NCBI GenBank assembly: GCA_951406725.2
Contig: OX597832.1
Span: forward strand, 46,004,001-46,068,000
Reading direction: 5' to 3'
DNA length: 64,000 nt
Source: Octopus vulgaris
Lineage: Eukaryota
In this document: positions 55,803-64,000 of the stretch, piece after piece
Numbering within the stretch: the first letter of the stretch is position 1
How the letters are laid out: each line of letters begins with the position of its first letter
Position numbers and translations under genes: made by a program
The notes under the pieces: generated by a model
Seen by the model: only the letters and a program-made list of their open reading frames with translations
Told to the model about the DNA's origin: nothing
Databases searched by the model: none

Positions 55803-56464
55803 GTGTTTGTGCATATTTAGATTTTCATAAAGAATACTGTATACAGTTGCCACACAAACTGCAATCTGTGCTTATTGTTTTTATAAACACAGAACAGTCT
55901 TCATCCATAAAATTGCTAATTTTCATAAAGAGATCGCATGTTCCGGTGGCCTTCTCCCTCTTTCTTTTTCCCTTCTCATGCCTCTTATCGATTCTCACCT
56001 CCTTTCTGCCACGCTTGAATCTCTTGATCCAGTGACAATCAGATGCTCGTCTCATACAAGTAAACTCGTAAGCAATCATTAAGCATTATTTTCTGTAACG
56101 TTTTTGCCCTGCTGAACACGAAATTTTATTGGATAGCCAGCATTCAAATTGCTTTCATTTCACGTTCGAATTCTGGAAAAGTGTTTTGTAGGGTATGCTC
56201 AAAATGCTGTTACAGCTGTCTCATTCAATGTGGAATGAAAAGTTGCCAGGTCATTTCATTGCATGAAAAGTCATTATATACTAAAATTACAATAAGCTGG
56301 GACAGTTGTAGTTTCCTCTCTTAAAGCAACCTTCAAATATTTTGAATGCACCTTCTACTTCGCCTCACACGCGCATGTACGTGTATATAGATAGGCCGAA
56401 ACAGTGAGAGTGGGGTATACGAGAAATAGCTGTTTATGTATATATATACATATATATTTTTTTC

Positions 56465-56860
56465 TCTCTTTTACTTGTTTCAGTCATTTGACGTCGGCCA
56501 TGCTGGAGCACCGCCTTTAATCGAGCAAATCGACACCGGGACTTATTCTTTGTAAGCCCAGTACTTATTCTATCGGTCTCTTTTTTGCCGAACCGCTAAG
56601 TGGCGGGGACGTAAACACACCAGCATCGGTTGTCAAGCAATGCTAGGGGGACAAACACAGACACACAAACACACACATATATATATATATACATATATAC
56701 GACAGACTTCTTTCAGTTTCCGTCTACCAAATCCACTCACAAGGCATTGGTCGGCCCGGGGCTATAGCAGAAGACACTTGCCCAAGATGCCACGCAGTGG
56801 GACTGAACCCGGAACTATGTGGTCGGTTAGCAAGCTACTTACCACACAGCCACTCCTGCG

Positions 56861-56863
<3 letters not shown>
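56465..56863 (-). mobile_element. SINE family B, full length
   Basis: Reverse complement begins 'ggcgcaggagtggctgtgtggtaagtagcttgct...gttccgggttcagtccc' (A and B boxes), contains an internal (TA)n(TG)n, and ends 'tgactgaaacaagtaaaagagag'. Confidence 0.9.
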
Positions 56864-56931
<68 letters not shown>

Positions 56932-57720
56932 ATCTATATTTGCATCTATGTATGTGAGTGTGTGAGAGAGGGACAGAGAGATATATAGACAGAGAGTGAG
57001 AGTATGTGTGTGTGTGTGTGCGTGATAACGCGAGAATATTACATTGTTTCAGAAATTTAGCTGTGTTAGCTTCATATGTTTGAAAACGTCCACTTATGGA
57101 TACATACATACATACATACATACATACATTCATTTATAGATAAACATACATATATGTCTCCATTTCTGTGTGTGCGCACGCACGCCAGTATTTCTACATT
57201 ATAGCTAAGTATGTGTAACTTTCAGAAGTCATTATTTTTCAAATTTCTGTTTTTAATCATTACATTCCCCATTCAATTTCTGATAGTAAGTGTCATGATA
57301 TTTTGTGCTTAATTCTCTTATTTTCTTTTTTTATATTTTCTTCATCAAGACAATAACCGGATATCCTATAATATCACGATAGTTTAAATTTAGACTAAAA
57401 TGTAATTTTACACCTTTCCTTTTTATAAAATGGCAAACAGCCAAAATTCACCAAATAATAAAGTTTATATTTATCTGTGTAATATTAAGTAGAATAGGTC
57501 TCTGCATTTATATTGTGAAATATCGTAGTGTTGTGTTTATGAATAAAGTGTGTATCTTTTTTTCTGTTTTCTTTCGTTCTATTAGGATGTATTTTATTAG
57601 AACTGATCGGTTATTTATTTCGTTTTTTGTGCCTCCTCTATAAAAATATTTCCATCAAATCAGGTTTTCAACAACACTAACAATGGAAAGCAATATGTGT
57701 TTATATACATACATATATAA

Positions 57721-57771
<51 letters not shown>

Positions 57772-57931
57772 TAGAAATTCATATATATATATATATATAT
57801 GTGTATATATTTATATATATATTTATGTATCATTCAATCTATATCTATATTATTATCTATGCATCTATCCATCTATCCGTCTCTCACTCTCTCTATTATT
57901 CCCTCTCTCACTCTCTCTCTCTCTGTCTCTC

Positions 57932-57998
<67 letters not shown>

Positions 57999-58057
57999 CA
58001 AGTTTAACATCCAACATAATATATTTTTCTCTTATCTACATTTAACTCTATCATATC

Positions 58058-58105
58058 GTCTTTTATGTTAGGGTATCATTTACATCTCTGAAACAGCTGT
58101 AAGAC
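58058..58105 (+). ncRNA. Degenerate hammerhead (stems intact, core decayed)
   Basis: GTCT TTTATGT T AGGG..CTCT GAAA CAGCTG TA AGAC; palindromic stem III ACAGCTGT; core has 3 changes from CTGATGA. Confidence 0.45.
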
Positions 58106-58202
58106 TAGCTTTCTCCTTATAAAATGACGTAGAAATTTCACACTGCCTTGACTTTGTTGTCTCCTTTTATTTAACCTATATATATATAGATGCAGCACGG
58201 AC

Positions 58203-58252
58203 TTTGTCAGTGAACAGGTCGCGGATTTTAGCGACGAAAATATTTTGACAAA
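58203..58252 (+). ncRNA. Type I hammerhead, G3-C8 covariant core
   Basis: TTTGTCA GTGAACA G GTCGC GGATTTTA GCGAC GAAA ATAT TT TGACAAA; perfect 7-bp stem I and 5-bp stem II, palindromic stem III AATATT, UUU site. Confidence 0.8.
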
Positions 58253-58390
58253 TTAAACTTAAATGTTGAAGTGAATCGAACGGCTTTTGTGTGTTTCTTA
58301 AATGGCTTATAAACACCTTCCACGCTGCAATTGTTTTCGTTTCAGCACACGATCTCAGATCAAATTACTTGCTATGCGAGTACAACTCCG

Positions 58391-58468
<78 letters not shown>

Positions 58469-58560
58469 GGAGAGTTTATGAAAAAAAAACAAAAGACGAA
58501 GACAGGTGGTGTACAAAACAAACAGATGTATTAGTATAATGCTCAGGAATAAAAAAAGTA

Positions 58561-58594
58561 TTTTACGTTTCGAGCCTACGCTCTTCTTCAGAAA
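58561..58594 (-). ncRNA. Ultra-minimal type I hammerhead (34 nt)
   Basis: Minus strand: TTT CTGAAGA A GAGC GTAG GCTC GAAA CG TA AAA; stem III reduced to the palindrome ACGT; GUA site. Confidence 0.72.
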
Positions 58595-58980
58595 GGGACA
58601 CAGAAAAAAGGAGAGAGACAAGGAGAGAAAAAATGTGTGTAGTGGCTAACGATATATATATATATATATGATATTTGTTTCATGTACGCTTATAAGAAAA
58701 AGAATTTGCTTTAATTTGATGGGTTACTCTGTGTTAGAGCAAGAAAGTTGTTGACAATCACTTCAACGTTTGGAACAGCTATGCCATCGTCCAACAGCCG
58801 ATGATAGCTTAGCTGGCCAAAATAATAATTAAAGATATACATACATATATATATATATATATACACTCACGCTCACACACACACATACACACACACATAG
58901 ATAGAGATAGACGTCACTAAAGTGACAGAGTGTATTAAGTGGTATAAGCCTTGCTGGAAATAAGTGTCAAAACCACTCAA

Positions 58981-59569
58981 TAACTGCAGGAGCTCTATCT
59001 TAATGACTGACAAAGGAGACAAACGAACGTGTCCAAATCAGAGGCGATTTCTAATTTCGATGTTAGAACATCTTAATTTCATCGGTGGCTCTTAGCGCGC
59101 CTAAGGTGAAACTCAGCTCACCTTGTCAGCTTATAAGATATCGTCAGAACTTGGGATATCAGCAGTAGGGGACTGTAACCTTCTCTGACGAAAGTCGATA
59201 TTGCATTTCTGTTGCAGATGGCAGAGCTAGGATTTGGAGAAGAAAGGGTGAGTGGACCGCATGCCGTTGGCTATGTGGTGGAGATAGACTCACGGGGCGG
59301 ACACTACAAGTTTTAACAGAGTCTGGGCTGCTATCTCCATGGCCTTCATCACTCGTTTCTTAAATTCAATTTACAGAAGGTGGTTGGTGGTAATCAACAC
59401 AAACGGTGGTCATACGAGATATTAAGTTCACCTTATTGAAGCCAGGACAATCCGTCATCAAGCGAAACCATGTGACGCCAAACATTTTCCAGGAAATGAC
59501 GTTTTATCATTAGGAAACAACGGTTTCTTAATTGGTACTCTTCAATCAATGCTATGTGTGCGACATTTC

Positions 59570-59639
<70 letters not shown>

Positions 59640-59910
59640 ATATATATGTATATGTTTATAGGCGTAGATAGATAGATGCATACGTGCCTACATAAATACG
59701 CATATATATATATATATATATATATACAATTGCAGCGTGGAAGGTGTTTATAAGCCATTTAAGAAACACACAAAAGCCGTTCGATTCACTCCAACATTTA
59801 AGTTGGAGTGAATCGAACGGCTTTTGTGTGTTTCTTAAATGGCTTATATATATATATATATATATATGCGTATTTATGTAGGCACGTATGCATCTATCTT
59901 CCAGGCTGCA

Positions 59911-59949
<39 letters not shown>

Positions 59950-60536
59950 GAAATGTCGCACATAGCATTAATTGAAGAGTACCAATTAAGAACCGTTGTT
60001 TCCTAATGATAAAACGTCATTTCCTGGAAAATGTTTGGCGTCACATGGTTTCGCTTGATGACGGATTGTCCTGGCTTCAATAAGGTGAACTTAATATCTC
60101 GTATGACCACCGTTTGTGTTGATTACCACCAACCACCTTCTGTAAATTGAATTTAAGAAACGAGTGATGAAGGCCATGGAGATAGCAGCCCAGACTCTGT
60201 TAAAACTTGTAGTGTCCGCCCCGTGAGTTTATCTCCACCACATAGCCAACGGCATGCGGTCCACTCACCCTTTCTTCTCCAAATCCTAGCTCTGCCATCT
60301 GCAACAGAAATGCAATATCGACTTTCGTCAGAGAAGGTTACAGTCCCCTACTGCTGATATCCCAAGTTCTGACGATATCTTATAAGCTGACAAGGTGAGC
60401 TGAGTTTCACCTTAGGCGCGCTAAGAGCCACCGATGAGAATTAAGATGTTCTAACATCGAAATTAGAAATCGCCTCTGATTTGGACACGTTCGTTTGTCT
60501 CCTTTGTCAGTCATTAAGATAGAGCTCCTGCAGTTA
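58981..60536. repeat. ~1.55-kb nested inverted duplication
   Basis: 58981-59581 is the reverse complement of ~59938-60536 (at least 4 small differences); inner perfect hairpin 59749-59795/59802-59848; further short inverted blocks in shuffled order. Confidence 0.93.
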
Positions 60537-60663
60537 AGTTGGAGTGAATCGAACGGCTTTTGTGTGTTTCTTAAATGGCTTATAAACACCTTCCACGCTG
60601 CAATTGTTTTCGTTTCAGCACACGATCTCAGATCAAATTACTTGCTATGCGAGTACATCTCCG

Positions 60664-60666
<3 letters not shown>
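60537..60666 (+). mobile_element. Repeat family E fragment, near-identical to 58265-58395
   Basis: 'gttggagtgaatcgaacggcttttgtgtgtttcttaaatgg...gctatgcgagtaca(t/a)ctccgtaatata'. Confidence 0.85.
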
Positions 60667-60707
<41 letters not shown>

Positions 60708-61526
60708 GTGTGTTAAATGTCTCTGCCATCACCCCTTGGCAATCAGTACTGGTTAAGCAAAAGGATACGATCGAGTAAATAGCAGTCTTAAATTATACAA
60801 GTACCGATATTTTTTTTTTTGTTTTTTGTTGGAATAATCCCCTTAAGGTGGTGTCCTACAGTACTTTCCGTCTCATGATGGAAACAAGTAAAAGATAAAA
60901 GATAATAGATTAAAAATGCATGCATACATATGTGTTATCGTAGACACACACATACACACATATGCTCTCCCCACAGGCATATAAGAAAAGAAAATAGACA
61001 ATATATTCAAGTAAAGTCTATCATCCCGTTCGACCAAACTAAAAGTTTTCATATTAATAACATGTAAATCTACAACATAGTAATTTACATATTTCGTTTA
61101 TAGTTTCTATTGTTCGATATTGAAATCGCATGCTCGTACTCACTTGGACGTTAAGTTTTACAACGGAAGTGAATATATTTCAAATTCAAGAATTCCAACA
61201 GTTTCCAACAATATCTGTTTTATATAATACAGTATGAGTTTCAGATACATTTTGTCTGCGGTTCCATGCTGATGGAGACGAAGTATGAATATATAAATTT
61301 ATCCCCGGGAGACTGCAGGAAAGAAAGACATTCCTGTGGAGAAGTATGCGTTTTTCTTCTTACAATATAACTGATCTAGTTTTAGCTATCATTTCTGTTA
61401 TATTAATCGTTACATTTCGTTATAGACAAGCAGAAGCACGTAGGGAAACATAGGTGGATATAATACACGCGAGCAGAGTAGGTATGCACACTTCTTGATT
61501 TATCTGTATCTATCATATAACTATCT

Positions 61527-61527
61527 T

Positions 61528-61619
<92 letters not shown>

Positions 61620-61670
61620 CCTACCCATCTACCTATCTATCTACCTATCTATCTATCTATCCATCCATCC

Positions 61671-61742
<72 letters not shown>

Positions 61743-61870
61743 GTATATCTGTCTGTCTGTGTGTCTATGTGATTTGTCTGTATGTCTGTCTGTGTGTCTG
61801 CGTATCCATCTGTCTGTCTCTTTGTCTATCTGTATGTTTATCTATCTATCTATCTATCTGTCTATCTATC
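61527..61870. repeat. (ATCT)n tetranucleotide microsatellite (also at 37037-37125 and 62712-62936)
   Basis: Directly visible. Confidence 0.95.
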
Positions 61871-61901
61871 TTTCTACATATGTAATGAGATATATTTTTT
61901 G

Positions 61902-61934
<33 letters not shown>

Positions 61935-62034
61935 GCATGTATGTATGTGTGTGTGCATTTATGTATATAGGAATATTTATTATTAAGATCTATATAAACA
62001 TATATACATATGTATATGCATATATGAATGTGTA

Positions 62035-62069
<35 letters not shown>

Positions 62070-62709
62070 CTACGCATGTATACATACATACAAACATATA
62101 TACATATATATATGTATGTATTTGTGTGTGTATATTTGGCTGTATACAGTAGGAAAAAAATTCAAGTATGCGTGTGTATACAAGTGTATGTGTGTGTGCG
62201 TGTGTGTTAATGTATGTGTGCATGCGTGTGTATCTATGTGTACGTGTTGCTGGTGTATCAAAAATATATACTATTGCACACCGTGGTGCAATCTCCCAAA
62301 TAACTAATTAAATAAAATAATTACTTTCTTCACAGAGACCCAAAACAATGGCTTCTTGTTATAAGAAAGAGCAATTCTTATATATCGACTAAAAATCAAA
62401 AATAATGTGTATCTTCATAAAGGCGTGCAAAGGTAAACATAAATATTAATTATCCAGTATTTGCGTATATATATCTATACATCGACACACTCCCATATAT
62501 ACATAGTATGGCATAGTAAGTCTATTTACATCGATATGAGAAGATATTATAAGCGACTGTCTCGTACTTATTTTCACATACTCATAATGACATGTCTGGT
62601 ATGTAGTCTCTCTGTATTGGGCTAATATTCAGGAACACACACACAGACACACACATACACACATACACACACACATATATATATATACATGTATGTATGT
62701 ATCTTTGTA

Positions 62710-62768
<59 letters not shown>

Positions 62769-62797
62769 ATTTATATATATCTATCTGTCTATCTGTA

Positions 62798-62846
<49 letters not shown>

Positions 62847-62847
62847 G

Positions 62848-62918
<71 letters not shown>

Positions 62919-62979
62919 GTCTATCTATCTATCTATGAATCTACCGCCACTATTACTAACAGCAACACCGCCACTTAAT

Positions 62980-63138
62980 ATATGCTGGTGTGTTTACGTC
63001 CCCGTCACTTAGCGGTTCGGCAAAAGAGACTGATAGAATAAGTACTGGGCTTACAAAGAATAAGTCCCGTGGTCGATTTGCTCGACTAAAGGTGGTGCTC
63101 TAGCATGGCCGCAAGTCAAATGACTGAAACAAGTATAA
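62980..63138 (+). mobile_element. SINE family B, 3' half
   Basis: 'atgctggtgtgtttacgtccccgtcacttagcggttcggcaaaagagac...aatgactgaaacaagt'. Confidence 0.85.
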
Positions 63139-64000
63139 AATATATATATATATATATATATATACATACATAGGCATGCGGTTCCTTGTTTTAAACTGTG
63201 AAAGCATAATTCTTGATAGCCGTGGAAATTTTTCTTATTCGCTACGTTTTCCTTCAGAAGCATTTTCTGTTCACCGAGGTTTCTTAATATTCTTGGCTTC
63301 CTATCCTTGTGTGTTTTCTTGAATTGGCAGTGGCAGTGGCTCTTCTGTGAGTATTGGCTTTAACTAAGCTTCGCATTTTCGTTGCTGGTAACCGAAGATA
63401 TCCATTACTTCGACTTCATCATATTAAGCACCAAATAAGTGAGAACATTGAGAGTGAAACCACAGATTTGGTGTAATCAATATCTAAGCGGTGATAAGTA
63501 TGTAACGAGAAGTTTACGGATCAAGAATATCTTTGTACTGACCACAATATTAACATATTTGATGTGTTATTATAGAATCTCTAGCCGAACTAGGTTTTAA
63601 ATTCCAACATAGATAGTTACGAAGAGACTTACTGCGTAAGTTGGTGAATTCTTGACAGAAATATTATCAGCTGTATAGATATAGCACTACACAGAGGTAG
63701 TTAGTTAAAGATATCTTACTGTATGAATAGACACTGCATAACAAATAAGTTAACAAGGAATATGCATACGGTCTACTTACAGTTACGGAGACTAAAGAAT
63801 CGATAAATTTGAAAAGGCTTTTGTATAATCAATCGTAATCAATTTAAATCCAGTGGAACCGTTTTCGTGTGTAATGATTTCTTCCTGTATAGGAGCAAAG
63901 CAAACTTCTGATCAAATGTATTCTAACCTCGACCAAATTGTCCTTTAGGGTTACATAGCATGGCAAATTCTAATGTGTATATAGATTCTTTGAAGATTGT

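Overview
Very AT-rich, microsatellite-dense eukaryotic non-coding DNA. The repeat make-up (several tRNA-derived SINE families, (TA)n/(CAT)n/(ATCT)n tracts) suggests an octopus/cephalopod genome, which is an inference. I find no intact protein-coding gene: nearly all tracked ORFs are translations of microsatellites or SINEs. Recognisable coding remnants are two mariner transposase fragments and two very decayed LINE pieces. The main hidden signal is a set of minimal type I hammerhead ribozyme (HHR) motifs found by eye on both strands: 10 with an intact or covarying core plus several degenerate ones. They lie in short, mostly mutually unrelated cassettes, usually wedged between (TA)n tracts, as expected for Penelope-like element (PLE) pseudo-LTRs or retrozymes. 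Two identical HHRs sit in a 512-bp tandem duplication at the start of the window. All four Watson-Crick versions of the core 3-8 pair occur (C-G, G-C, A-U and, less cleanly, U-A). Fold-back inverted repeats up to ~1.55 kb adjoin the same cassettes. All folds were derived by hand and repeat boundaries are approximate.
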